Shown: positions 10,647 through 19,368, counted from the first letter of the stretch. The stretch is 32,000 nt of DNA from Candidatus Dwaynesavagella gallinarum (GCA_019120235.1 DWVN01000086.1:4335-36334); one strand, 5' to 3'. Notes: generated from the letters alone by a model not told the origin. Program-made: numbers and translations.

Positions 10647-10679
10647 AATTGCTAGATAGGTAAAACTATTCTAGCAATT
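10647..10679 (+). promoter_or_regulatory. Intercistronic hairpin between dnaK and dnaJ, without a U-tract
   Basis: AATTGCTAGA (10647-10656) pairs with TCTAGCAATT (10670-10679) around a 13-nt loop. It is followed by AAATTTGAGGTG, which is the dnaJ SD. It may be a partial attenuator or a processing/stability element. Confidence 0.45.
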
Positions 10680-10695
10680 AAATTTGAGGTGATTT

Positions 10696-11844
10696 ATGTC
10701 TAATAAAAGTTATTATGAAATTTTGGGTGTGAGTAGTAATGCATCTGATGCTGAAATAAAGAGTGCTTTTAAGAAACAAGCTATAAAATATCATCCTGAT
10801 AGGAATAAGGGTAATGCTGAAGCAGAGAAAAAGTTTAAAGAAATAAATGAAGCTTATCAGGTATTAAGCGATCCAAATAAAAAATCTAGTTATGATAGAG
10901 TTGGACATGAGGCATATACTAAAGGAGCTAGTTATGGTACTAATTCTTCTTCTGGATTTGAAGGATTTGACATGGATTTTGATATTGGTGACATTTTTTC
11001 TAGTTTCTTTGGAGGAGGTTTTGGTGGTAGAACTAAGAGAGGACCAAGACCTGGAAATGATTTAGAATATAGTTTGACTCTAACGTTTGAAGAGGCTGTT
11101 TTTGGATGTACAAAAGATATATTTTTAAAAAGAAAAGATAAATGTAATGTTTGTTCTGGAAGTGGTAGTAAACCAGGTAGTAATAAAACAACATGTGATA
11201 AATGTCAAGGATCAGGTCAAATAAAAGTTCAGAGGAATACACCATTTGGAAGTATGGTTTCTATGACTACTTGTTCTAAATGTTCGGGTATGGGTAAGAT
11301 TAATACTAATCCATGTAATACATGTAGAGGAAGTGGAAAGGTTAATAGTGAAAAGAAAATAACAATATCAATACCTAAAGGTATTGATACAGGTCAGGTT
11401 ATTTCTATGAGAGGAGAAGGTGAAGCGGGAGATATTGGTGCACCTTCTGGAGATTTATATATTACTATTAATGTTATGAATAGTAGTAAATTCAGGCGTA
11501 AAGGTAACGATATTTTTACAGATCATCATATTCCTATATGGAAAGCTATTTTAGGTGGAGAAAGTATTATAGAAACATTAGATGGTGATTATAAAATAGA
11601 TATAAAAGAAGGAACTCAATCAGGTACTGTTCAGGTTTTAAAAGGCAAAGGTGTATACAAGGTTAACTCGAACTTTAGAGGGGAACATCATGTTAAAATT
11701 GTTGTTGATATACCTAAAGCTATGAATAATGAGCAGAGAGAAGTTATAGAATTGCTTAAGAAGAATTTTGATGTTACTCAGGAGTATTCAGAAAAGAAAA
11801 ATGTACACAAAAAGAAGAGTTGGAAAGAAAGATTTTTTGATTAA
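10696..11844 (+). CDS. dnaJ: Molecular chaperone DnaJ (Hsp40, type I)
   Basis: The J domain reads YYEILGV...KYHPDRN. A G/F-rich region and four CxxCxGxG zinc-finger repeats follow ([32 protein letters not shown]). Confidence 0.98.
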   Translation: MSNKSYYEILGVSSNASDAEIKSAFKKQAIKYHPDRNKGNAEAEKKFKEINEAYQVLSDPNKKSSYDRVGHEAYTKGASYGTNSSSGFEGFDMDFDIGDIFSSFFGGGFGGRTKRGPRPGNDLEYSLTLTFEEAVFGCTKDIFLKRKDKCNVCSGSGSKPGSNKTTCDKCQGSGQIKVQRNTPFGSMVSMTTCSKCSGMGKINTNPCNTCRGSGKVNSEKKITISIPKGIDTGQVISMRGEGEAGDIGAPSGDLYITINVMNSSKFRRKGNDIFTDHHIPIWKAILGGESIIETLDGDYKIDIKEGTQSGTVQVLKGKGVYKVNSNFRGEHHVKIVVDIPKAMNNEQREVIELLKKNFDVTQEYSEKKNVHKKKSWKERFFD

Positions 11845-11856
11845 GATTAAAATTTG

Positions 11857-11892
11857 TAGCTACTAATGTTTTGTTAGTAGCTATTTTATTTT
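11857..11892. terminator. Bidirectional rho-independent terminator between dnaJ and rarA
   Basis: TAGCTACTAA (11857-11866) pairs with TTAGTAGCTA (11874-11883) around a 7-nt loop, followed by TTTTATTTT. The rarA stop codon lies inside the 3' arm. Confidence 0.8.
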
Positions 11893-13107
11893 GTTCCAAT
11901 ATTCCTTTATAGAATTTTCAAATTTGTTATTTCCATATGTATAATAAATTTTATTTTCAAATCCTTTTGGCATATAGTTTTGTTTTACATAATTATGTGG
12001 GTAATCATGAGGATATATGTATGATTGTTTACTATCTATAGATTTATTTGAAAAACTATCACACAGATAATTTGGGATTTCTATATTTGAATATTCAATA
12101 TCTTTAATGGCATTATTTATTGCTAAATAAGAGCTGTTTGATTTTGGTAATATACTAAGAAAAATTACAGCTTGTGATAGTGGAATTTTAGCTTCGGGAA
12201 AGCCGATCATTAATGCGGCATCTACACAGGATTTTGTTATTGAAATTGCTTGAGGATGTGCGAGTCCTATATCTTCACATGCGATTACTAGAAGTCTCCT
12301 ACAAATTGATTCAAGATTTCCACTTTTTATTAATAATGCAAGAGCTATTGAAGCAGCGTTTGGATCTGAACCACGTATGCTTTTTTGAAGATAACTCAAA
12401 TTATTGTAGTGATTGTCACTATTATTATCAGTATATATGTGATACGTTTGAGAAAGATTTTCTATGTTATTAATTGTTATTTCTTCAGTAGGATTGTATG
12501 TATTTATTGTAAGTTCAAGTATATTTAATGCTTTTCTAAAGTCTCCACACGCGATTTTTGATATTAAATCTATGCTTTCATTAGTGAATATATAATTTGA
12601 AAAATGTTTTGAGATTATATTTTTAAGTTGATTTAATATTGATTTTTGAGATATGGGTTTGAAGTTTAAAGTTATACATCTGCTTAAAATTGAATTGAAT
12701 ATTGAAAAATTTATATTTTCTGTTGTGCTTCCTATTAATGTAATTGAACCATTTTCTATGAATTCTAAGATTATTTGTTGTTGTTTTTTTGATAAAAAAT
12801 GAATTTCATCTATGTAGAGGATTATTCCATCGTATCCATTAAAATTATAAGTGTCTTTGATTATATTTTTTATTTGTTCTGTGTTTGTTGTTGTACCATT
12901 TATTTTGTAAAAATTTTTATTGCATTCATTTGCTATTATATTTACTATTGAGGTTTTTCCACTTCCAGGTGGTCCGTATATTATCATATTTGGAATTTTT
13001 TTTGATTCAATTATTTTATTTAAAACTTTATTTTCTCCTACCAAATGTTCTTGTCCAATAAAATCTTTAAGTGATTTAGGTCTTAGTTTATCAGCTAGTG
13101 GTTGCAT
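11881..13107 (-). CDS. rarA: Replication-associated recombination protein A (RarA/MgsA, AAA+ ATPase)
   Basis: 408 aa. The sequence has PLADKLRPKSLKDFIGQEHLVG, Walker A GPPGSGKTS, Walker B ILYIDEIHF, and the MgsA C-terminal domain LQKSIRGSDPNAA...ACEDIGLAHPQA. GGAGG SD lies 5 nt upstream of the ATG. Confidence 0.9.
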   Translation of the reverse strand: MQPLADKLRPKSLKDFIGQEHLVGENKVLNKIIESKKIPNMIIYGPPGSGKTSIVNIIANECNKNFYKINGTTTNTEQIKNIIKDTYNFNGYDGIILYIDEIHFLSKKQQQIILEFIENGSITLIGSTTENINFSIFNSILSRCITLNFKPISQKSILNQLKNIISKHFSNYIFTNESIDLISKIACGDFRKALNILELTINTYNPTEEITINNIENLSQTYHIYTDNNSDNHYNNLSYLQKSIRGSDPNAASIALALLIKSGNLESICRRLLVIACEDIGLAHPQAISITKSCVDAALMIGFPEAKIPLSQAVIFLSILPKSNSSYLAINNAIKDIEYSNIEIPNYLCDSFSNKSIDSKQSYIYPHDYPHNYVKQNYMPKGFENKIYYTYGNNKFENSIKEYWNKIK

Positions 13108-13163
13108 TTTTCCTCCAATTTCAAAAAAATATTTTAAAAAATAAATATATATATTATAATATA

Positions 13164-13192
13164 TTGTAAAAATATTCCATTTTTTATATAAG
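13164..13192 (+). promoter_or_regulatory. Candidate sigma-A promoter for the dynamin-like gene
   Basis: TTGTAA (13164-13169), a 17-nt spacer, then TATAAG (13187-13192). It lies about 20 nt upstream of the start. Confidence 0.35.
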
Positions 13193-13211
13193 CTCGAGGT
13201 GAATTTTAATT

Positions 13212-15437
13212 TTGTATATTGATAAATATAAAAAAGCTATTTCTTTAATTGATGATATGTCTTTAAGTTTACAATCTAACAAAGTTATGATTGAAAATGA
13301 TGAATTTGATATCTCTTTGAATAATATCAAACATATTTTAACACAAAAAACTTTTAAAGTCGCTGTAGTTGGTGCAATTAAATCAGGTAAGTCTACTATG
13401 TTAAATGCTTTTATTGGAAGGGATTTGCTTCCAAATCAAAATGCTCCATGTACTTTAGCGACTACAGAAATTTTTCATTCTGTTGATGAGTGTACATATA
13501 TAAAAAAATGTTTTATTAATGGTGAATGTGAGAATATTAAATCCAACAAAAATTTTACTCTTGAACAAATGTTTCATAATGATATAAAAGAAGTTAGAAA
13601 AAATAATACTCATTTAGATATACAAAAATATTCTTTGCATGCTCCTATTAATGGACTTCAAACTTCTATTTATGGAGATGTTATAAAAAACTTTGTATTA
13701 TTGGATACCCCAGGACCTGATGAAATTTCAACTTCCAATTTTGATGTTGAACATATTCAAAAAATTTCTTTGAAAGAATTGAGAAACTCCGATGCCCTTA
13801 TTGTGATTTTTGATTATCAAAATTTTATGTCTGATATAAATGGTAAAATTTTAAGGTATATAGCAACCAATGAAAATATTGTTGAGCGAGCTAAAAATAA
13901 AATATTTTTTGTTATTAACAAAATTGATTTAATTAATAATAAAGATGAGAGCATTGAAGAGTGTATTCAAAAAACTAAAGATATGATAAAAGAGTATATT
14001 CCTATAATTGAGGATCCAAATGTTTATGCTTTTTCTGCTAAACAGGCTCTTTTTGCTCGAATTGTTAAGAAAAACGTGGTATCACAAGAAACTTTAAATG
14101 AGATAGATAGGTTATATGGTTCAAGATATACTGAAAAAATTGAAATTAATGGAATTGTTAGAAGTTTTAAATTAGAACCTGCTGAATATGCAGATAAACT
14201 TTTAGAAGAAAGTAGAATTGAAATTATTGAAAAAGAAATTTTAAATTGTATTTTTTCTAATTTTGCAGAAGAAAATTTAGAGCTTGCTATAGAAAAACTT
14301 ATAAATATTAATAATGATATAATAAACAGTTTAGAAAATGATATAGCTGTTATTAATAATAAGTATAATTTATCTATTGAAAAATTTGAAAAAATCAAAA
14401 ATAGGTTGACTGATCTTAAAAATAATTTTATAGAAGTACTTGATATTCCAAAAATATCTCTTAATGTTTTGAAAAGTAGTATATCTGTTAAGCTTGATGA
14501 AATGTCTAGATATTTAGATAATATGGTTAGTGAAATGTTACCAATAAAAAATGTATTAGAGGCTGATACTAGGGAAGATTTACTTTATAAGATAAATGTT
14601 ATTGAAAATAATATTAAAGAAAGTTTAAGTGTTACAATTAATAAAATTAATGATCATATTTATAATGAATCATTTAATACTCAAATTGAGATAAATAACA
14701 ATTTGAATGAAACTTTTAGAGAAATTGGAGATCAATTTAATAAATACATAAATGAACAGATAAAATTCAAGTTTCAAATTTATAATTTTGATGATATTTG
14801 CATGAGTAATATAAATTTCAATGAATTGAACATTACTGAGACGCAAAGTATGGTGAAAGAATCTGATGATTTTAATACTTCTACACTTAGCATAAGTATG
14901 GCAGCTACAAGCGTTGCAGGAAGTGCATTAGGTGGAATTATGGGAAGAACTTTACCAATTTTAGAGACTGCTATTGGAGCTGCTTTTGGTGCTGGGATTG
15001 GTTTGGCGTATTTATATGTTAAGAAAATAAAAAGTACAAAGATTAGAGAGAAAATTGTTTATTCAGTTGATGTTAAAGATTTTAAAGATATGTTTTTACA
15101 AACTATTCAAGAAGTTTTTGAGAATACAAAAATTGAAATATTTAATAATGTAGATTCTTTGATTGAAAAAAGTGTTCACAGCGTTGATAAACAACTTTCT
15201 AAATATGTAAAAAAACTTGATAATAAAATAGGAAGGCTTATAAAAAATACAAAAATTGATAAAGATAGAAAACGTAAAGAAGTTAAAAATATTGAGGTCT
15301 TGAAAAAAGAATTTGTTGATTTTGGATCTAAACTTGAAAATATAAAATTTAAAACTATATATATAGGAAATAAAAGTATAGAACTTAATAACCAAACATC
15401 AGAAGAACTTAAAAATGATAATATTTTAGTTATATAA
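13212..15437 (+). CDS. Bacterial dynamin-like protein (dynamin-family GTPase with hydrophobic paddle)
   Basis: 741 aa with a TTG start and GAGGTG SD at 13196-13201. G1 is GAIKSGKST (aa 54-62), G3 is DTPGP (aa 165-169) and G4 is NKID (aa 236-239). Long K/E/N-rich helical regions follow. A Gly/Ala-rich hydrophobic hairpin MAATSVAGSALGGIMGRTLPILETAIGAAFGAGIGLAYLYV spans aa 563-603 (nt 14898-15020), and about 140 aa of helical return follows. The layout resembles BDLP-type GTPase, neck/trunk, paddle, trunk. Confidence 0.8.
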   Translation: MYIDKYKKAISLIDDMSLSLQSNKVMIENDEFDISLNNIKHILTQKTFKVAVVGAIKSGKSTMLNAFIGRDLLPNQNAPCTLATTEIFHSVDECTYIKKCFINGECENIKSNKNFTLEQMFHNDIKEVRKNNTHLDIQKYSLHAPINGLQTSIYGDVIKNFVLLDTPGPDEISTSNFDVEHIQKISLKELRNSDALIVIFDYQNFMSDINGKILRYIATNENIVERAKNKIFFVINKIDLINNKDESIEECIQKTKDMIKEYIPIIEDPNVYAFSAKQALFARIVKKNVVSQETLNEIDRLYGSRYTEKIEINGIVRSFKLEPAEYADKLLEESRIEIIEKEILNCIFSNFAEENLELAIEKLININNDIINSLENDIAVINNKYNLSIEKFEKIKNRLTDLKNNFIEVLDIPKISLNVLKSSISVKLDEMSRYLDNMVSEMLPIKNVLEADTREDLLYKINVIENNIKESLSVTINKINDHIYNESFNTQIEINNNLNETFREIGDQFNKYINEQIKFKFQIYNFDDICMSNINFNELNITETQSMVKESDDFNTSTLSISMAATSVAGSALGGIMGRTLPILETAIGAAFGAGIGLAYLYVKKIKSTKIREKIVYSVDVKDFKDMFLQTIQEVFENTKIEIFNNVDSLIEKSVHSVDKQLSKYVKKLDNKIGRLIKNTKIDKDRKRKEVKNIEVLKKEFVDFGSKLENIKFKTIYIGNKSIELNNQTSEELKNDNILVI

Positions 15438-15442
15438 ATATT

Positions 15443-15476
15443 AAAAGCCACTTTTAAAAATTTTAAAGTGGCTTTT
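15443..15476. terminator. Bidirectional terminator between the dynamin-like gene and the HIRAN gene
   Basis: AAAAGCCACTTT (15443-15454) pairs with AAAGTGGCTTTT (15465-15476). A/T runs on both flanks. Confidence 0.8.
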
Positions 15477-15483
15477 ATCATTT

Positions 15484-15831
15484 TTAAAATAGATTGGAAA
15501 ATGAAGATTTATAGATATCATTTAAAATATTTCGGCTTTCTAAATTCAATTTTAAAATAGAGATGTTGTTAACTATAAATTTAGTTTCCGCAAAAATCCC
15601 AACTTTAAACATATCGTAAATTCTACCAGCGCTAAAGCATCCGATAGGTAAAGTTCTAAAATTATTTATAACGTATCCTATTTTTCCAACTGATGGAACA
15701 ACACAACTAATTGCTTCTGAATCATAATTGTTTTCTGGTTCTTTTAATAAAATTACTTCTTCACCTAAGTTTAAAATTCTTTTAGATTTATTGAAGCCAG
15801 TTTGTATTATGGCTGTGTAAATGTCATGCAT
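15484..15831 (-). CDS. Stand-alone HIRAN domain protein (putative 3' DNA-end binding)
   Basis: 115 aa. The core VILLKEPENNYDSEAISCVVPSVGKIGYV fits the HIRAN signature (hydrophobic-x-L-x-x-E/D-P-x-N-x-Y-D-x-x-A-I ... G-x-I/V-G-Y/H). GGAG SD lies 8 nt upstream of the ATG. The assignment is by motif only. Confidence 0.55.
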   Translation of the reverse strand: MHDIYTAIIQTGFNKSKRILNLGEEVILLKEPENNYDSEAISCVVPSVGKIGYVINNFRTLPIGCFSAGRIYDMFKVGIFAETKFIVNNISILKLNLESRNILNDIYKSSFSNLF

Positions 15832-15860
15832 TTTTCATCTCCATAAATTATTTCGTTTAT

Positions 15861-15869
15861 ATTATAGCA
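15861..15869 (-). promoter_or_regulatory. Extended -10 element for the HIRAN gene
   Basis: The minus strand reads TGCTATAAT (TGnTATAAT) about 30 nt upstream of the HIRAN start. The -35 is poor. Confidence 0.4.
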
Positions 15870-15957
15870 CAGTTTTCTTTTTAAAGTTTATTTAATATGG
15901 AAATTTGTATAATTTAAATGATATAATTTTGTGAAAATTGATTTATATGGGGGAAAA

Positions 15958-16881
15958 ATGAAAAATACATATACAGAAATTAAAATTAAAGTTAGTGTAA
16001 ATGATCTTGAAAAAATTGAAAACATATTTTATAGATTAGGAGTATTTCAATTATCAATTGAGGATCCACGAGATTTATTTGAAAAAAGTTATATAAATTT
16101 TGATACATATTTTGATGAAGATGAAATTTTTACAGAAGGAAGAAACGTTTGTATTGTCAAATATTATTTGAGTGATAAAGAAAATCCCATTGAATTTTTA
16201 AATATTTTAAATCAAATGATTTGTTCTGAAAAAATAAATTGTAAAATTGAAACTAGTGAAATATTTGAAGAAGATTGGGCTAATAATTGGAAAAAATATT
16301 ATCATACTTTTAAAATTAATGATAAAATTGTAGTCAAGCCTGAATGGGAAAATTACAATTTAAAAGATGGTGAAATTTTAATTAATATTGATCCAGGAAT
16401 GGCATTTGGAACTGGAACACATGAAACAACGAAACTGTGTATGCAATTAATTGACAAATACATGAAAAAAGATTCTTTTGTTTATGATGTGGGAACAGGT
16501 TCTGGAATTTTAGCTATATTATCATCAAAACTTGGAGCTAGAAAAGTTGTTGCTATTGATTTAGATAAAGTTTCTGTTAGTGCTGCAAAACATAATGTGA
16601 GTTTAAATAATCTTTCTAATATTGAGGTTTTAGAGGGAAATCTTTTGGATAAAGCTTCAGAAAAAGGAGATTTAATTGTTGCAAATATTATAGCGGAAGT
16701 AATTGTTGATTTAATTCCAGATATTGTTAAAATTTTAGATAGAGAAGGAATTTTTATAACATCAGGTATAATTGAAAGTAGAGTTGATTTAATAAAGAGT
16801 AAACTTTCTGAATATGGACTTGATATTGTTGATGAGGTAAATGAGAATGGATGGTTTGCTTTTGCTATAAAAAATAAGTAG
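15958..16881 (+). CDS. prmA: Ribosomal protein L11 methyltransferase PrmA
   Basis: The sequence has DPGMAFGTGTHETT and the SAM motif DVGTGSGILAI. I prefer ATG 15958 (GGGGGA SD) over GTG 15931. Confidence 0.92.
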   Translation: MKNTYTEIKIKVSVNDLEKIENIFYRLGVFQLSIEDPRDLFEKSYINFDTYFDEDEIFTEGRNVCIVKYYLSDKENPIEFLNILNQMICSEKINCKIETSEIFEEDWANNWKKYYHTFKINDKIVVKPEWENYNLKDGEILINIDPGMAFGTGTHETTKLCMQLIDKYMKKDSFVYDVGTGSGILAILSSKLGARKVVAIDLDKVSVSAAKHNVSLNNLSNIEVLEGNLLDKASEKGDLIVANIIAEVIVDLIPDIVKILDREGIFITSGIIESRVDLIKSKLSEYGLDIVDEVNENGWFAFAIKNK

Positions 16882-16912
16882 AATATGGTATAATTTCTGT
16901 GGGGTAATTTTA

Positions 16913-17653
16913 ATGCGTAAATTTTTTACAGATTTTGAATACGAAGAAGGAATTGAAACTCTAACAATTAGAGATGAAGAAGCAAAACATATTTTGAAAG
17001 TGTTGCGTTTCAAAGTTGGAGACAGGTTTATTATAAGTAATTATAATGATCAAAGTTTTGAAAGTGAAATTATAAATGCTGATTTAAAATTTTGCGTTGT
17101 TAAATTGTTGAAACCAGTTGATATAACTAATAAAAGTAATATTAATATAACAATTTTTCAGGGTTATCCTAAATTTGATAAACTTGAACTTATTGTTCAG
17201 AAATTAACAGAGATTGGAGTAAGAGAAATAGTACCAGTTTTAACTAAACGTGTTAATGGTAAATTTGATGTGGGTAAATTTAAACTTGATAGATTAAATA
17301 GAATAGCTAAAGAAGCTTGCAAACAGTGTGGAATATCTAGTATTCCAACTATAAATGTACCAATAAAACTTGAAAGTATAGATTTAAGAAGTTTAGATAA
17401 ATATGATCTTATAATTGTTCCTTATGAAAAAGAAGAAATTAATCTTAAGACTGTTTTAAAAGACAAAATTGATGAAAACATAAAAAATATTGGTGTTTTT
17501 ATAGGCCCAGAGGGAGGATTTGAAGATCAAGAAATTAAATATATACAGAGTTTGGGAGGAAAATCTGTAAGTTTAGGTAAAAGAATACTCCGTACAGAAA
17601 CAGCATCTATATTTATTTCATCTGTACTTCAATATGAATTTGGAGATAAATAA
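16913..17653 (+). CDS. rsmE: 16S rRNA (uracil1498-N3)-methyltransferase RsmE
   Basis: 246 aa with a PUA-like N-terminus and the C-terminal FIGPEGGF...LGKRILRTETA motif of the RsmE/YqeU family. It follows prmA, as in Bacillus. Confidence 0.88.
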   Translation: MRKFFTDFEYEEGIETLTIRDEEAKHILKVLRFKVGDRFIISNYNDQSFESEIINADLKFCVVKLLKPVDITNKSNINITIFQGYPKFDKLELIVQKLTEIGVREIVPVLTKRVNGKFDVGKFKLDRLNRIAKEACKQCGISSIPTINVPIKLESIDLRSLDKYDLIIVPYEKEEINLKTVLKDKIDENIKNIGVFIGPEGGFEDQEIKYIQSLGGKSVSLGKRILRTETASIFISSVLQYEFGDK

Positions 17654-17675
17654 TTTAGTTTAAGAGGAATAGAAG

Positions 17676-18983
17676 ATGAAAGTTGCAATATTTACATTAG
17701 GTTGTAGGGTAAATATTTATGATACAGAAATTATGATATCTGCATTGAAGAAAAATGGATTTCAAGTTGTTTCTTCAGATGAATTTGCAGATGTTTATTG
17801 TATTAACACGTGTACAGTAACTAACAATAGTGATAAAAAATCTCGACAGTTTATTTCTAGGTGCAAGAAAAGTAATCCAGAAGCTATTATTGTTATGGTA
17901 GGTTGTTATCCTCAAGTTTCGAAAGAAGAGGTTTCAAATATACAAGATGTTGATATTATTTTAGGAAATAGATTTAAAAATCAGTTGCCTTATTACATAA
18001 ATTTATTTGTTGAGAAACGTGAAAAAGTTGTTAAGATAGATGAGAATATTTTGAAAAATGTTAGCTTTGAAGATGGAAGTTTAGAAAATTTACAAGAGAG
18101 ACATAGAGCTTTTATTAAAATTCAAGATGGATGTAATAAATTTTGTACATATTGTATAATTCCATTTGCACGTGGAGGGGTTTGTAGTAAAGAACCAAGA
18201 AAGGTTTTTGATGAAGTAAAATCTCTTGTTTCAAATGGATATAGAGAAGTTATTTTAACGGGAATAAATACTACGTCATATGGAGATGACTTAGGAATTG
18301 AAATTAATTTAGTTGATTTAATAGAAATGTTAGATCCAATAAAAGGACTTGAAAGAATAAGACTTGGATCTGTTGATCCTGAATTTTTTGACATTGAAAT
18401 TATTAGAAGGCTAAAAAATGTAAAAAAACTTATGCCTCATTTTCATTTATCATTGCAGAGTGGATGTGATGAAACTTTAAAAAGAATGAGAAGAAAGTAT
18501 GATACAGCTAAATATGAAGAAGTTGTAAATCAACTTAGAGAATTAATTGATGATGTGAGTATAACTACAGATATTATTGTAGGATTTCCAGGAGAGACGG
18601 AGAATGAATTTTTAGAGACTGTAGAATTTTTAAAGAAGATAAAATTACAGGACATGCATGTTTTTAAGTATAGTAAAAGAACAGGTACAAAAGCAGCTTT
18701 GATGGATTTTCAAATAGATGGTTCTGTTAAAGATGAAAGAAGTAAAATAATTTTGAGCATTAATGCTTTAAATAAAGTTGATTTTATGAAAAAATATTTA
18801 GGAAAAGTTGTTGATGTACTTTATTGCACTGTTGCTTCAGATGAAAAAGGTATGTATGGATATACCAATAATTATATAAAAGTTTATTTGGATTCTACAA
18901 ATAAAGAATATTTAGGTCAAATAGTACCTACCTTAATAAAAAATTTTAATGAAGAATTTCTTATTGGACAAGCAGTCGTATAA
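17676..18983 (+). CDS. mtaB: tRNA t6A37 methylthiotransferase MtaB (MiaB-like radical SAM)
   Basis: 435 aa. The UPF0004 N-terminal domain reads TLGCRVN...CINTCTV. The radical SAM motif is CNKFCTYC, and a TRAM-like C-terminus follows. This is the yqeV position. Confidence 0.88.
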   Translation: MKVAIFTLGCRVNIYDTEIMISALKKNGFQVVSSDEFADVYCINTCTVTNNSDKKSRQFISRCKKSNPEAIIVMVGCYPQVSKEEVSNIQDVDIILGNRFKNQLPYYINLFVEKREKVVKIDENILKNVSFEDGSLENLQERHRAFIKIQDGCNKFCTYCIIPFARGGVCSKEPRKVFDEVKSLVSNGYREVILTGINTTSYGDDLGIEINLVDLIEMLDPIKGLERIRLGSVDPEFFDIEIIRRLKNVKKLMPHFHLSLQSGCDETLKRMRRKYDTAKYEEVVNQLRELIDDVSITTDIIVGFPGETENEFLETVEFLKKIKLQDMHVFKYSKRTGTKAALMDFQIDGSVKDERSKIILSINALNKVDFMKKYLGKVVDVLYCTVASDEKGMYGYTNNYIKVYLDSTNKEYLGQIVPTLIKNFNEEFLIGQAVV

Positions 18984-18997
18984 GGAGGAATAAGTAA

Positions 18998-19339
18998 ATG
19001 GAGTGTATTTTTTGTAAAATAGTTCAAGGTGAAGTTCCTTGTACAGTTGTATATGAGGATGAATATGTAATTGGGTTTGAAGATATTTATCCATCTGCAA
19101 CTAATCATATAATTGTTATTCCTAAATTGCATGTTGAAGATTTAAATGGTCTTAATGATAGTAATATTGATTATGTAAAACACGTTTTCTTAGCTATAAC
19201 AAAAATAGTAAAGGCTCTTAAAATTGATCAGACTGGTTATAGAGTTGTAAATAATTGTGGAGCACATGCTTTTCAATCTGTAAAGCATATACATTTTCAT
19301 ATTGTTGGTGGACAAGAACTTACACCTACATTTTGCTAA
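18998..19339 (+). CDS. HIT family (histidine triad) nucleotide hydrolase
   Basis: 113 aa beginning CIFCKI and containing the histidine triad HIHFHIVGG. GGAGG SD at 18985-18989. Confidence 0.9.
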   Translation: MECIFCKIVQGEVPCTVVYEDEYVIGFEDIYPSATNHIIVIPKLHVEDLNGLNDSNIDYVKHVFLAITKIVKALKIDQTGYRVVNNCGAHAFQSVKHIHFHIVGGQELTPTFC

Positions 19340-19368
19340 TAGTTATTTTTATTAAGAAAGGATTTAGT

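Noticed and set aside
2256-11245. Track ORFs 2256-2465(-), 4742-4996(-), 9975-10175(+, alternative frame) and 11033-11245(-), lying inside gpr, lepA, dnaK and dnaJ
   Set aside because: They are fully embedded in genes with unambiguous conserved motifs. Their translations are low-complexity I/F/L/K/N-rich strings without SDs, which is a typical antisense or off-frame artefact of biased codon usage.
12213-13144. Plus-strand ORFs 12213-12473 and 12920-13144, antisense to rarA
   Set aside because: They are embedded in the well-supported rarA CDS, have no SD, and have implausible composition.
14024-15481. Three minus-strand ORFs (14024-14398, 15096-15395, 15176-15481), antisense to the dynamin-like gene
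   Set aside because: Their F/I/L/S/K-rich repetitive translations mirror the K/E/N-rich coiled-coil coding strand. There are no start signals, and two of them overlap each other in different frames.
11845-15957. Interpreting the rarA / dynamin-like / HIRAN insert as a mobile genomic island or as a known Eleos (LeoABC) dynamin defence system
   Set aside because: No integrase, transposase, tRNA attachment site or flanking direct repeats are visible. Eleos needs several co-oriented dynamin-like genes in one operon, whereas here there is a single DLP that is terminator-insulated from its neighbours. It is kept only as an open hypothesis in the findings.
16789-19132. Minus-strand ORFs 16789-17013, 18122-18394 and 18917-19132
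   Set aside because: They are antisense to prmA/rsmE, mtaB and mtaB/hit. They have no SD and no recognisable motifs.
19255-19368. 5' extension of the DUF4214 ORF, overlapping the last 85 nt of hit
   Set aside because: The extension translates to Cys/Trp/Tyr-rich nonsense. A classic signal peptide begins at ATG 19369, with an AAAGGA SD just after the hit stop.
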